IMG/VR virus record: IMGVR_UViG_3300033513_000028
Location: 1-39,241 of that record
Source of the DNA: a virus
Taxonomy: Duplodnaviria; Caudoviricetes
Strand: one strand, 5' to 3'
Length of the DNA: 39,241 nt
Within the stretch, counting starts at the first letter, position 1. The number at the start of each line of letters is the position of its first letter. This document shows positions 15,186-24,671 of the stretch, piece by piece. Both the position numbers and the translations under genes were made by a program. The notes under the pieces were generated by a model. That model did not search any database. It saw only the letters and a program-made list of their open reading frames with translations, and was not told the DNA's origin.

Positions 15186-16518
15186 CGCAGAGTTAGAGCG
15201 CCGCGACTTCGAACGGTGGTTGTGGGCTGTCTCGCCTACGTGGTCGTGGCAATGGCCGCACCTGGCCTATATCCGTGCCGCGCTTAATGAGGTGACAGCG
15301 GGGCATATCACGCACCTGATGATTATGATGCCACCCCGGCACGGGAAGAGCGAGATGGTCACCATCCGCTATCCGGTGTGGTTATTGGAGCGCGACCCAT
15401 CGCTCAGCGTCATCATTGGCGCATACAACCAGCAGCTTGCCAACCGTTTCTCGCGGCGGGCGCGGTGGATTGCCCGGCAGCGGTTGGAGTTGGACGAGGA
15501 TCGCCAGGCCGTGCAGGAGTGGCACACAAGGGCGGGTGGCGGTCTACGGGCGGTCGGCGTTGGCGCTGGCATCACTGGCACGGGCGGGCACGTAATCATA
15601 ATTGACGATCCAATCAAATCGCGGGAAGAGGCTAACTCCGCGCCATGTCGGGATAGAGTATGGGAATGGTACATAAACGATGTATATACCCGTCGCGAGC
15701 CGGGGGCGGTGGTCATTATGATTGTGACGCGCTGGCACGAGGACGACCTGCCGGGTCGCGCCCTGGCAAACGATGCGGCGGGGCTGTGGCAGGTTATCTC
15801 TCTCCCCGCCGAGGCGGAAGAGGATGACCCATTAGGTCGTCCCTTTGGCGCGGCGCTGTGCCCCGACCGCTTCGATCTGTCCGCTCTGGCGCAAATTAAA
15901 GCGGTTCTCGGAAACAACTACTACGCCCTGTATCAGCAACGCCCGCAACCCATCATGGGCGGGATGTTCAAGCGCGACCGGCTCGAAATTCGGGATGGCT
16001 CGCCACGTGAAGCGGATCGGATGCGCTACTGGGACAAAGCCGCGACGGTCGGCGGCTCCTATACGGTCGGCGTGTTGTTGGCTCACTCGCGGCGAGACGG
16101 CGCGTGGTTCGTGGAGGACGTGATACGCGGGCAATGGACGGTTGGCGAGCGCGAGAACATCATTCGACAGGCGGCTATCCTGGATAAACAGCGGTATGGC
16201 GATGTGACGATAGGGCTGGAGCAAGAGCCAGGCAGCGGGGGGAAAGAGTCGGCCCATGCAACCATTCGGAACTTGGCCGGGTTTTCTGTCGTTGCCGACC
16301 GCCCGTCGGGCGACAAGATCACTCGCGCGGAGCCGTTCGCGGCACAGGTGGATGGTGGAAATGTGTCTATTGTGAAGGGCGCGTGGAATGCAGCCTATCT
16401 GGAAGAGTTGGCGGCCTTCCCAACCGGGGCGCATGACGACCAGGTAGACGCGAGCAGTGGGGCATTTAATCGCCTTGTGGAGCTTCGCAAATCGAAACAA
16501 ACGCGGTTTTTGAGGTGA
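15088..16518 (+). CDS. terL: Terminase large subunit
   Basis: MPPRHGKS Walker A, IIIDDP Walker B, TRWHEDDL, YQQRP, YWDKA, EQEPGSGG and HDDQVDA; start uncertain. Confidence 0.95.
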   Translation: MVGQSSLGQTYPPSATRNLHTWLTSPTASRAISAELERRDFERWLWAVSPTWSWQWPHLAYIRAALNEVTAGHITHLMIMMPPRHGKSEMVTIRYPVWLLERDPSLSVIIGAYNQQLANRFSRRARWIARQRLELDEDRQAVQEWHTRAGGGLRAVGVGAGITGTGGHVIIIDDPIKSREEANSAPCRDRVWEWYINDVYTRREPGAVVIMIVTRWHEDDLPGRALANDAAGLWQVISLPAEAEEDDPLGRPFGAALCPDRFDLSALAQIKAVLGNNYYALYQQRPQPIMGGMFKRDRLEIRDGSPREADRMRYWDKAATVGGSYTVGVLLAHSRRDGAWFVEDVIRGQWTVGERENIIRQAAILDKQRYGDVTIGLEQEPGSGGKESAHATIRNLAGFSVVADRPSGDKITRAEPFAAQVDGGNVSIVKGAWNAAYLEELAAFPTGAHDDQVDASSGAFNRLVELRKSKQTRFLR

Positions 16519-16528
16519 GGTAATAAGC

Positions 16529-18079
16529 ATGGCAAATCCGATCATCGCGGCAATGAAGAACGCATATTTAGACTGGTTGGTGATGGAAGACACGGCGGCG
16601 CAGCAGCAAGTGCTGACATATCGCAGCTACTATGAGGGCGATCCGCCGACCCAACTGACAGACCGCCAGGCGCAATTTTTGAACGTGGCGCGAGACAAGC
16701 GATTCGGGGCCAACGTTTGCGCCCCCATTGTGGATACACTCGTAGAGCGCCTACGGGTAACCGGATTCGATGTGCGGGGTAAGGGCGAAACGGTCACCGA
16801 CGCGCCCAAAGTGCTCGCGGCCCTGCTCGATGACTGGTGGTCACTCAACCGGATGGACGCCGGGCAGGATGTGGTTCACCGCGCCGCCCTGCGCGATCGG
16901 GAGGCGTTTATCATCGTATCGTTTGACGAAAAGAACAACCGCCCCCAACTTGCCTACGACTTCGCCTACGATGGCAGGAGCGGCGTGAAAGTCCACATGG
17001 TGCCAGGCACTTACAATCAAGTGGCCTTCGCCTCCAAGCGATGGATTGTGAGCCAATCGAAAGAGGGTACGTACAAACGCCTGAACACATATTTCCCCAA
17101 TCGCATCGAGAAGTGGGCGTCATTTATCACGCCTGGAAACAAGCACGGCGAAGCGTTTTGGCAACCCTACGAAAAGGAAGAGGGCCTGGAGATGGCGACG
17201 TGCCAGGATGAACTTGGCAACGAATACATGGCCTCGGTTGCATGGTGGACTGACGATGGCACAGAAACAGGCGAGCCGCTCGGTATCCCGGTGATCCCGT
17301 TTATCAATCGTGACGACGGTACGGGTGCAGGTCTGAGCGAGATTGACAATGCCATCCCGCTCCAGGATGGTATTAACAAAACCTACATTGACCTCATGGC
17401 GGCAGCGGACATGACGGGATTTGGGATGTATTGGACGACCGGATCGCCGCCCCTCGGTGGATGGAAAGTGTATCCGGGGGCTATGTATGAGGTTGCGGTG
17501 GCGCCCGGTTCGACAGGCGCTGCGATGGGCACACTCCCGGCGGGCGATCTGTCGGGGTTAATCAACCTACTCCAAACTCAGGTGGCACTACTGGCAGGGA
17601 TAACGGGCACGCCGCAATCTCGGTTCACCCCGTCGGCGGTGCGCCCGGCGGAAGGCACACAGAAGCAAGAAGAGGCGGCGCTGGTTGCAAAGGCGCGCGG
17701 ATTGCAAAAGGCATGGGGCAACGCATGGGAGGACGCCATGCGGATGTGCATCCGCGTTGCGGACGCTTTCGCTGAGGGGGTGACCATTTCAGACATTGGC
17801 GATCTCATTATCTCGACCGCGTGGGCCGATGCCGAAGTGCGAAACGAGCTGCAACATCTGGAAGGCGTTGCGCTGAAAGTGGAGCGGCTGGAAGTTCCTG
17901 TCCAGCAGGCATGGACTGAGGCGGGATACGACGCCTCACAGGTGCGGGCATTCGAACGCCAGAGACGAAACGAGCAGGCGGCGGCCCGGCTTGCGGCGCT
18001 TCGGGCGGCGACGAAACAGCCCCCTACCCCGGAGCAAGCGCCGGAGCCGACTGAGCCGGAGACAGAAGAGGAGGAGTAG
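16529..18079 (+). CDS. Portal protein (SPP1 gp6-like)
   Basis: Follows TerL; YYEG, N.C..IVD..VERL.V.GF, GIPVIPFIN and G.SEID.AIPLQD.IN motifs. Confidence 0.85.
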   Translation: MANPIIAAMKNAYLDWLVMEDTAAQQQVLTYRSYYEGDPPTQLTDRQAQFLNVARDKRFGANVCAPIVDTLVERLRVTGFDVRGKGETVTDAPKVLAALLDDWWSLNRMDAGQDVVHRAALRDREAFIIVSFDEKNNRPQLAYDFAYDGRSGVKVHMVPGTYNQVAFASKRWIVSQSKEGTYKRLNTYFPNRIEKWASFITPGNKHGEAFWQPYEKEEGLEMATCQDELGNEYMASVAWWTDDGTETGEPLGIPVIPFINRDDGTGAGLSEIDNAIPLQDGINKTYIDLMAAADMTGFGMYWTTGSPPLGGWKVYPGAMYEVAVAPGSTGAAMGTLPAGDLSGLINLLQTQVALLAGITGTPQSRFTPSAVRPAEGTQKQEEAALVAKARGLQKAWGNAWEDAMRMCIRVADAFAEGVTISDIGDLIISTAWADAEVRNELQHLEGVALKVERLEVPVQQAWTEAGYDASQVRAFERQRRNEQAAARLAALRAATKQPPTPEQAPEPTEPETEEEE

Positions 18080-18080
18080 A

Positions 18081-18293
18081 ATGTGCAAGTATTGTGAGAT
18101 TGTGATAGAAGGGGCCATCCCTCCTAATCCATTCCACATGTCGGATGGCACCGTATTGTCGCCATATGAGTTGGAGATAGTGAAGGATCGGCTTAGATGG
18201 GGCAATCATGCCATTCCTATTGTTCACATGTACCAGATATGGGAATTGAAGCGAAAAGACGATGATAAACCAGCCGCCGACCCAACAACCTGA
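18081..18293 (+). CDS. Hypothetical protein
   Basis: ATG 18081 after RBS GAGGAG; MCKYCE start. Confidence 0.5.
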   Translation: MCKYCEIVIEGAIPPNPFHMSDGTVLSPYELEIVKDRLRWGNHAIPIVHMYQIWELKRKDDDKPAADPTT

Positions 18294-18426
18294 CGACCCG
18301 CTTATGCCATTCGACGAGTTGCTCGACTTGGCCGCCACCGACGAGCCGGCCATCGAGGCGGCGCTGACATGGTGGGATGAATATGCCAGCCTGGAATGGA
18401 TAGGGGTGCTAGACGATGCTGGATGA
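18262..18426 (+). CDS. Small acidic protein (54 aa), possibly the N-terminal part of the next gene
   Basis: Hand translation MINQPPTQQPDDPLMPFDELLDLAATDEPAIEAALTWWDEYASLEWIGVLDDAG. Confidence 0.5.
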   Translation: MINQPPTQQPDDPLMPFDELLDLAATDEPAIEAALTWWDEYASLEWIGVLDDAG

Positions 18427-19114
18427 TCTAGAACCAGAGGACGAGGACGAGGCCGCGTTGTGGGAAGCGGCGGGAATCGTCGGGGCGGCAATGGTCGGCT
18501 GGGATGGCGATCTCGGTGCATGGGTAATGGCCGAAACGGGCGTGACCATTGCCGATGCGCGGGTTGCGATTGAACTCCACCGCCATCTTGACGCATCCGC
18601 TCGCACTCTCCAAGCTCTTACCGAGGAGTTATTCGCCACCGCCGAGGTCGGCTCCGCAGAATGGGCCGGGGCGGTCGCGGTATGGGAGGAATCGGTTGCC
18701 GTCGAACTCGCCAATGCGCATCGGGCCTATGCTATGCTCGCCAACGGCGGGCGTGTCAATATGAGTGCGGCGCAATGGGGCCGGGTCGGCGGCAACCTGG
18801 CCGACGAGTACCGCTATCTGCGCCGCTTTGCGGGCCAACTCCTGGAAGGGCAGGTGAGCCGGGCGCAAGCATTGAACCGTGTAGGACAATACGTAGACGC
18901 CGCGCAACAAGCCTATTGGCAAGCATGGCGCGAGCGGCAAGCAGTGAGTGAGGAAATCTGGTGGATTCGTAACGCGGGGGCGGAAAGTTGCGCCGATTGC
19001 GTAAGCCGCGAAGGCGGCTCGCCGTATACCCGTGCAACGCTGCCCTCAGTGCCCGGCGATGGGGCTACCCAGTGCCGGGGCAATTGCAGATGTTATTTGG
19101 AGGTGCGCGGATGA
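18416..19114 (+). CDS. Head morphogenesis / minor head protein (MuF-like)
   Basis: YRYLRRFA, W...GAESCADC and PGDGATQCRGNCRCYL C-terminus; located after the portal. Confidence 0.7.
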   Translation: MLDDLEPEDEDEAALWEAAGIVGAAMVGWDGDLGAWVMAETGVTIADARVAIELHRHLDASARTLQALTEELFATAEVGSAEWAGAVAVWEESVAVELANAHRAYAMLANGGRVNMSAAQWGRVGGNLADEYRYLRRFAGQLLEGQVSRAQALNRVGQYVDAAQQAYWQAWRERQAVSEEIWWIRNAGAESCADCVSREGGSPYTRATLPSVPGDGATQCRGNCRCYLEVRG

Positions 19115-19278
19115 CTGATACTCAGGATTTGGGTCACTGCCGCGTTTGCGGATTCGAATGGGTGATCGCCGGGGGAGCTTCTTTGTGGAGCGACGATGAT
19201 CATGGCGACAATGCCGGGGGACTGCATTGCCCGGCCTGTGGCTCAGATAACGTACAAATCAAGAAAGAGGAGATGTAG
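19111..19278 (+). CDS. Zn-ribbon small protein
   Basis: CRVCGFEW...CPACGS; RBS GGAGGT. Confidence 0.6.
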   Translation: MTDTQDLGHCRVCGFEWVIAGGASLWSDDDHGDNAGGLHCPACGSDNVQIKKEEM

Positions 19279-19279
19279 A

Positions 19280-19495
19280 ATGACTAAAAAACAAACCAGC
19301 GCCAGTGATGCGTTGTATGATGCGATATGGGCAATCGCGGCTCGCATTCGGGAAATCGCGGCCCACGCCCCTGGGCATGCCACCTACGAGGGGGGCAGCA
19401 CCGGGGGCGATATAACGCGAGAACTGCGGGGAATCGCAGACGACCTGGAGCGCCTGGCGGGGGCGACGGCGGAAAACGTCGAGGATGAGGAGTAG
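19280..19495 (+). CDS. Hypothetical protein
   Basis: RBS GAGGAG before ATG 19280. Confidence 0.55.
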   Translation: MTKKQTSASDALYDAIWAIAARIREIAAHAPGHATYEGGSTGGDITRELRGIADDLERLAGATAENVEDEE

Positions 19496-19501
19496 CCGGT
19501 T

Positions 19502-19768
19502 ATGCCATATCCAAACGAGCACGCGGCGCGGGTGCGCGATCCAGGCGGCTTTATTCCGGGCAGTTTCCGCAGCAAGGCGCTCCCTAAGAGCAAGGGGGGC
19601 AAGGGCGGCGTCCGGATGATAGTCGGTCGGCTCAAAGGCGGCGAAGGCAAAACACAGGTACAATCCTACCGGTTCCCGAAAGACCTGTATACCCCCGCCG
19701 AGGCCCGCGCCTGGCTCAAAGAGAATGGCGTCACAGGGTACACATTCGAGGCGGCGAGGGGGGAGTAA
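19502..19768 (+). CDS. Conserved phage head-region protein
   Basis: MPYPNEHAAR.RDP..F...SFR...QSYRFPK..YT..EARAWL...FEAA, a recurrent phage head-module domain. Confidence 0.7.
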   Translation: MPYPNEHAARVRDPGGFIPGSFRSKALPKSKGGKGGVRMIVGRLKGGEGKTQVQSYRFPKDLYTPAEARAWLKENGVTGYTFEAARGE

Positions 19769-19927
19769 ATGCCCTACCGACTGAGCGGACGGACGGTGAT
19801 GAAATATGAGGGCGGGCGGTGGATTGTGCTTAAGCGCCATCCTACCGTTGCGGCGGCCCGCGCCCATCTTGCGGCACTTGGTATAAACGTAATGGCGAAA
19901 GAGCGCGGGCGGGAGCGGCGCAAATGA
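19769..19927 (+). CDS. Small basic phage protein (52 aa)
   Basis: Hand translation MPYRLSGRTVMKYEGGRWIVLKRHPTVAAARAHLAALGINVMAKERGRERRK. Confidence 0.6.
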   Translation: MPYRLSGRTVMKYEGGRWIVLKRHPTVAAARAHLAALGINVMAKERGRERRK

Positions 19928-20028
19928 TGACCCGTGATGAATGGGTAGAATTTCTGGTAACATTGCGTCGCGCCCTTCTGATGATTGTCAGATGGATAGA
20001 AAAGCGGTATAATATAGGCGATAGTTAA
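19924..20028 (+). CDS. Small peptide (34 aa)
   Basis: ATGA-coupled; MMTRDEWVEFLVTLRRALLMIVRWIEKRYNIGDS. Confidence 0.5.
   Translation: MMTRDEWVEFLVTLRRALLMIVRWIEKRYNIGDS
19985..20013 (+). promoter_or_regulatory. Sigma70-type promoter upstream of the scaffold/capsid genes
   Basis: TTGTCA-17-TATAAT embedded in the 34-aa ORF. Confidence 0.7.
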
Positions 20029-20063
20029 ATCAAGTCGTTTGGCCCGCGTTCTTACGGGAACTC

Positions 20064-20114
20064 CGGCCCTGTCCCTACCCCCATTGGCGGTAGGCGGCGG
20101 GGCCGTTTTTGTTT
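20064..20114 (+). terminator. Intrinsic terminator / attenuator
   Basis: CGGCCC..CCTACC..GGTAGG..GGGCCG long hairpin followed by TTTTTGTTT. Confidence 0.7.
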
Positions 20115-20157
20115 CAAATACGCGACGACAGCGGTAAACAGTCGGGGAGATAAAACA

Positions 20158-20841
20158 ATGGCAGACGAAAATGAGAAGAAGGAAAGCGCGGCAACTCCGC
20201 CAACGGCTACCCAGCCGGGAGCAAGTGGGGAAGGCGGGGACAGGGTGTTCACACAAACAGAATTGGATGCAATCGTGCAGGAGCGACTACGCCGCGAGCG
20301 CGACAAGTACCAGGATTACGAAGATACAAAGAAAAAGGCTGCGCAATGGGATGAACACCAACAAGCACAGTTGTCTGAGTTAGAGAAGGCGGCTGCTCAG
20401 ATCGCCGCGCTCAAAGAGGCGCAAACCATGCAGGCGACCAGTTACAACGAAAACCTGCTGCGCCTGAAGGCTCAGGTTATCGCCACTCAGGCCGGGTTCC
20501 GCAATCCCGAACATGGGTATTTGCTGGCCGACCTATCAGGCGTAACCGTTGGCGAGAACGGCGAAATTGCTGGCTTGCAAGAGGCCATCGAGGCGCTCGC
20601 AAAGCGCGAGCCGTACCTGTTAACGGGAGAATTGCCTAAGCCGCGCGCCCCACAGATGGATGCGGGGGTAGGTAATCATCCCGAATCGGGCGGGGCGGCG
20701 CTGACGCCAGGAATGCAAACGCTCGCTCAGGCAGCTGCACAAGCAGGGTACGTTTTAGACCCGGAGAAGGTTCGTTCGCGCACTCGGCAAATGCGGGGGC
20801 GCGTGGTAAGCGGCCCGCCGGGCGAATCTACAGAGGAGTAA
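20158..20841 (+). CDS. Capsid scaffolding protein
   Basis: FTQTELDAIVQERLRRER.KY.DYE..K.KA...SELEK pattern; precedes the capsid genes. Confidence 0.85.
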   Translation: MADENEKKESAATPPTATQPGASGEGGDRVFTQTELDAIVQERLRRERDKYQDYEDTKKKAAQWDEHQQAQLSELEKAAAQIAALKEAQTMQATSYNENLLRLKAQVIATQAGFRNPEHGYLLADLSGVTVGENGEIAGLQEAIEALAKREPYLLTGELPKPRAPQMDAGVGNHPESGGAALTPGMQTLAQAAAQAGYVLDPEKVRSRTRQMRGRVVSGPPGESTEE

Positions 20842-20845
20842 TACT

Positions 20846-21250
20846 ATGGCTGGCTTTGAATGTATCGGCGTGTTGGGCGGGGGAAACCCACGCATTGGAC
20901 GATTCACGATGGTGAATGACGAGGTGACGACCGTCGGGGCAATGCTCACGCTGACCTCGAATGAGGCGCGGTTGGGCACGACCAACGACACCGCATTCAT
21001 TGGCGTGGCATTGGAGGCGCTAGACAACGCGGCTGATGGGAAATCGGTGCGTGCTATCTGTGACCCCTATGCAATCTACGCATACAAAGACGGCACGGCG
21101 CACGCCGCCGGGGCGACTCTCGACCTGGGCACGAATGCGCTTGCCACTACCTCGAATGCGGATTTCACCGTCATCGAGGACAACACGGCAGACGAAGCGA
21201 CGCATTTTATCATCACGCCGGGCGAGCACTACCTGCACGGTGGCGGCTAG
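20846..21250 (+). CDS. Head decoration / cement protein (putative)
   Basis: 134 aa, beta-rich, FIGVALEA motif, between scaffold and MCP. Confidence 0.6.
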   Translation: MAGFECIGVLGGGNPRIGRFTMVNDEVTTVGAMLTLTSNEARLGTTNDTAFIGVALEALDNAADGKSVRAICDPYAIYAYKDGTAHAAGATLDLGTNALATTSNADFTVIEDNTADEATHFIITPGEHYLHGGG

Positions 21251-21286
21251 TCGGGCGCGTTAGTTTGTAATGAGGAGTAAAAAATA

Positions 21287-22201
21287 ATGGCCGGAGTACC
21301 TGGAATCACGATGGCGGCCAGTTTCCCAGAACTGACCGACCTCGACCCAGTTTTGACTGAAATCTTTTATCAACACCTTGTCCCAACTACGCCACAGATG
21401 GATGCACTCTTCCGCCTTACCACCAGTACAAAGGGGCAGGAGGTTGATCTGCGCGTTGGTTCGATTGCCAACCCGGAGCCATTCCGGGGCCAGGTTGATT
21501 ATCATGGCATCGAATCGGACTATTCGATCACGTATAAGCACACAGAGTTCGCGGACGGCATCGAGATTGAGCGCAAGTTGCTCGACGATGCACAGTATGC
21601 GGGCATCTTTGACAGCGCGGCTATGTTAGCGCAGTCGTTCTCGCGCAGGCGAGATGACGACGCCGCGTCCGTTTTCAACCATGCCTTTTCCTCTTCCTAT
21701 ACGGGCTACGACTCGGTCGCGCTGTGTTCTGATAGCCACCCGCGTGGGAAAAACAATGCGACAGTGGTTGACAATAGTTATGCCCTGGCGCTCTCGAAAG
21801 CAAACCTCGGCACCATCCGAACCGCCATGCGGAAATTCGTAGACGACCAGGGGCGGCGCATCTCCATCAGACCGGATACGCTGCTCGTCCCGCCAGATTT
21901 GGAAGAGACGGCGCACGACATTGTGCGCTCGCCGCTCGACCCCGACTCTGCCAATAACAGGGCCAACATGTTCTACGGCCTGTTAAAGGTCATTGTGTGG
22001 GATGCGCTGACGGATACGAATGCTTGGTTCCTCATTGACTCTCAAATGAGCAAGCGGTATCTCAAATGGGTTGACCGCATCAGCCCGGAGTTCGCTGCGG
22101 TGGATGATTTCGACACCATGCGCCGCAAGTACCGGGGCTACATGCGGTACAGCTACGGGTGGTCGGAATGGCGCTGGATCATCGGTAGCAATCCGAGCTA
22201 A
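21287..22201 (+). CDS. Major capsid protein (Mu gpT-like family)
   Basis: Y.H.EFA.G.EI.RKL.DD.QY, D.VALCS.SHP, PDTLLVPP.LE, LTDTNAWFL and RYSYGWSEWR..IGS. Confidence 0.85.
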   Translation: MAGVPGITMAASFPELTDLDPVLTEIFYQHLVPTTPQMDALFRLTTSTKGQEVDLRVGSIANPEPFRGQVDYHGIESDYSITYKHTEFADGIEIERKLLDDAQYAGIFDSAAMLAQSFSRRRDDDAASVFNHAFSSSYTGYDSVALCSDSHPRGKNNATVVDNSYALALSKANLGTIRTAMRKFVDDQGRRISIRPDTLLVPPDLEETAHDIVRSPLDPDSANNRANMFYGLLKVIVWDALTDTNAWFLIDSQMSKRYLKWVDRISPEFAAVDDFDTMRRKYRGYMRYSYGWSEWRWIIGSNPS

Positions 22202-22212
22202 GGGGGAATAAA

Positions 22213-23118
22213 ATGCCAATCACTAATTTCCCTAATGGAATCTCCAGCTGGGGCGCACCTCTTGGTGCGCCCGTCGGAACTGGCTCTGTGTTTTTCGTAA
22301 ACGGGGCTGGGAGTAGTGTCGGGGGCGGCCTCACGCCGCACGATGGCAACCCCGGCACGAAAGAGGAGCCGCTTGCGACCATCACGCGGGCGCTGGCGTT
22401 ATGCACGAACGACCACTATGACACCATCTACGTAACAGACTATTACCAACCGAGCGGCGAAACCTGGCCGATTTCGGTTGATAAGAGTCTGGTGAATATC
22501 ATCGGCCTTCCAAGTGCCATCGGCGGCCCATTCGGGGCGCACCTGCCCTGGTGTGTCGGCGTGGCGTCGGGCAACTATCCCATGTTTGACATCGTGGCAA
22601 ACAACGTGTTCATCCAGGGGTTCGGCATCTACGCGGGCACCGCGAGTTACGCGGGCATCACGATGGATAGTGGCGCGAGCGTGGTGTGGATTGACTCCTG
22701 CCGCTTCAATCAGGGGACGTATGGTATCCACGTGACCGCCGACGACACGGGCTACGGCATTTCGATTACCAACTGCTACTTCCAGCAAAGTCTAGCGACC
22801 GGCGGCATCCTGATTGACGACGACCCCGCCTTTCTGTGGATCGCCAACAACTATTTCGACCGCATCGGCGGAGTGGCAATCAGTGTCGTATCCGGGGCCG
22901 GACATATCATCGAGAACAACAATATTGCCCTCGGCGCGAACACGAACGGCTATGCGATCACCCTCGGCACGGGCGTGAACCGCGCCTGGATCAACGGCAA
23001 CCATTGCGGGTACGGCGCTGAGAATGGCACGACTACACCGTACCTGGATGATGGCACGGTCGGCGATAACAGTTGGGGCTACAATACGTTCGGCTCCAAT
23101 GCGGTCAGTCCGGGATAG
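22213..23118 (+). CDS. Parallel beta-helix (pectin-lyase-like) virion protein
   Basis: MPITNFPNGISSWG N-terminus, NPGT.EEPLATI..AL, repeated I.NC.F / I.NN.F strands. Confidence 0.65.
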   Translation: MPITNFPNGISSWGAPLGAPVGTGSVFFVNGAGSSVGGGLTPHDGNPGTKEEPLATITRALALCTNDHYDTIYVTDYYQPSGETWPISVDKSLVNIIGLPSAIGGPFGAHLPWCVGVASGNYPMFDIVANNVFIQGFGIYAGTASYAGITMDSGASVVWIDSCRFNQGTYGIHVTADDTGYGISITNCYFQQSLATGGILIDDDPAFLWIANNYFDRIGGVAISVVSGAGHIIENNNIALGANTNGYAITLGTGVNRAWINGNHCGYGAENGTTTPYLDDGTVGDNSWGYNTFGSNAVSPG

Positions 23119-23129
23119 GAGAAGACGCA

Positions 23130-23333
23130 ATGACAGACTTCCGGGTTTTGAAAGAGTGCTACTTGCCAGAAGGCGGCGAACGGCTTGTCGCCGGGGACGT
23201 GGTATCGGATGCGGCCCTTTCGCGGGCGGATTTGAAATACGTCTTGCAGGGGGGATTTGTCGAGGCGTTGGGCGAGAACGACCTAAACGAGACAGACAAC
23301 CCCGCAACCGAAGACCCCAAGCGGCGCAAGTAG
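23130..23333 (+). CDS. Small virion-associated hypothetical protein
   Basis: RBS AGGAG; MTDFRVLKECYL...GDVV. Confidence 0.55.
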   Translation: MTDFRVLKECYLPEGGERLVAGDVVSDAALSRADLKYVLQGGFVEALGENDLNETDNPATEDPKRRK

Positions 23334-23399
23334 CGTCTACTTCATCGTGGTGGGGGCGGGGATCGCGGGCCGATGTTCGCCCCCACCGAGGAATATATC

Positions 23400-23786
23400 A
23401 TGAGTGATTTTGGGCCATTGCAAATACAGGTACAGGCCATCGGCGGCACGGTTGGCGGCACGGCGATTTCGACGCGCGGCGATGAACTGGACGTGGGCTA
23501 TTTTGACACGATGACCCTCTTTGTGGACTACGTCGCGGGGACTGAGGGCACAATCTACATCTATCCGAAATTCCGCCATGCGACAGGTGGGACGGCATAC
23601 CAATGGCAGACGTGGACAGCAACGGCGGGGGATAAGACGGTCACGACAAACCGCCTGGCGCTGACAGCGTCCGGCAGTTACTATGCCACTTTTGACGTGC
23701 GCGGCGTTCAGTATGCGCAGTTCTACTCACAGACAGTTGGCACGCCAACGGGCGCATTGGGGCTATTCGTAACGTTGACGGACTGA
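23400..23786 (+). CDS. Putative structural protein (beta-sandwich)
   Basis: Thr/Gly-rich, in the structural operon. Confidence 0.55.
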   Translation: MSDFGPLQIQVQAIGGTVGGTAISTRGDELDVGYFDTMTLFVDYVAGTEGTIYIYPKFRHATGGTAYQWQTWTATAGDKTVTTNRLALTASGSYYATFDVRGVQYAQFYSQTVGTPTGALGLFVTLTD

Positions 23787-23791
23787 GACTC

Positions 23792-24661
23792 ATGACGGAA
23801 CTTCGGAACCAGGGGCCACCTCACGTTGCCAATCTTGCGGGGACTGCCGACGAGCATCCGCAATATGTTAGGATTGCCCCGGCGGCGGATACGCGCAATG
23901 TTGTGCAGCCGACGACGGCTGACGTGAAGGCGCTCGTACTCAAAGGAGCGTCCGGGCAGTCGGACAACTTCTTGGAGTTGCAAGATAGCGCGGGCGCGGC
24001 GTTGGCGGCCTTCTCGCAGGTCGGCTATCTCGGCATCGGGATTGCCCCGACGGCACGGCTGCATCTCGCGGCAGGGGGAACGGCAAGCGGAAGCGCGCCC
24101 TTGCGGTTCGCTTCCGGCAGTCTGTTAACAACCCCGGAGGCGGGGGTGATGGAATTCGACGGGACGGGTATCTACCTGACTCCAACGAATCACCGGCGGT
24201 TTATCTCGCTCGCGTCTGACTCTATCATTGCCGCAGCGACAGCTACCGCAGCCACTCCCACAACGCTGTGGACAGGTATTATTAACGCGAATGAGTTAAA
24301 GGCTCAGCGCGTTTACATGATAAAGGGATGCGGCCTACTCACGACACATGACGCCAACGACCAGGCGATCATCTCGATCAAGTTGGGGGCGGCGACGATT
24401 GTCACTCTCACAACGCCAAAGGGGCTTGCAACCAATGCCCCCTGGGAGTTTGAGGCGTTCTTCACTGTGCGGACGATTGGGACAAGCGGTACCGTGTCGG
24501 CGCATGGTTGCGTGGAATCTACAACGGGGGATGTACATACTGTGACGGCATCTGCCGTAGTGAACACAGAGATCGCCTCCACCGCCACTGTTGTAGTGCA
24601 ATGGACAGACGTTAGCAACAGCCTGACGCTTGAACAGTGTTGGATGGCGACGGCGGACTAA
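23792..24661 (+). CDS. Putative fibre-like structural protein
   Basis: DEHPQY, G.LGIGIAPTARLHLAAG...APLRF.SG.LLTTPEAG.MEFDG fibre-type motifs. Confidence 0.6.
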   Translation: MTELRNQGPPHVANLAGTADEHPQYVRIAPAADTRNVVQPTTADVKALVLKGASGQSDNFLELQDSAGAALAAFSQVGYLGIGIAPTARLHLAAGGTASGSAPLRFASGSLLTTPEAGVMEFDGTGIYLTPTNHRRFISLASDSIIAAATATAATPTTLWTGIINANELKAQRVYMIKGCGLLTTHDANDQAIISIKLGAATIVTLTTPKGLATNAPWEFEAFFTVRTIGTSGTVSAHGCVESTTGDVHTVTASAVVNTEIASTATVVVQWTDVSNSLTLEQCWMATAD

Positions 24662-24671
24662 GGGGGCAACG

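Noticed and set aside
23349-23387. 10-bp hairpin GGTGGGGGCG/CGCCCCCACC as a terminator
   Set aside because: No U-tract; more likely an mRNA stability or translation-tuning hairpin, which is ordinary after capsid genes.
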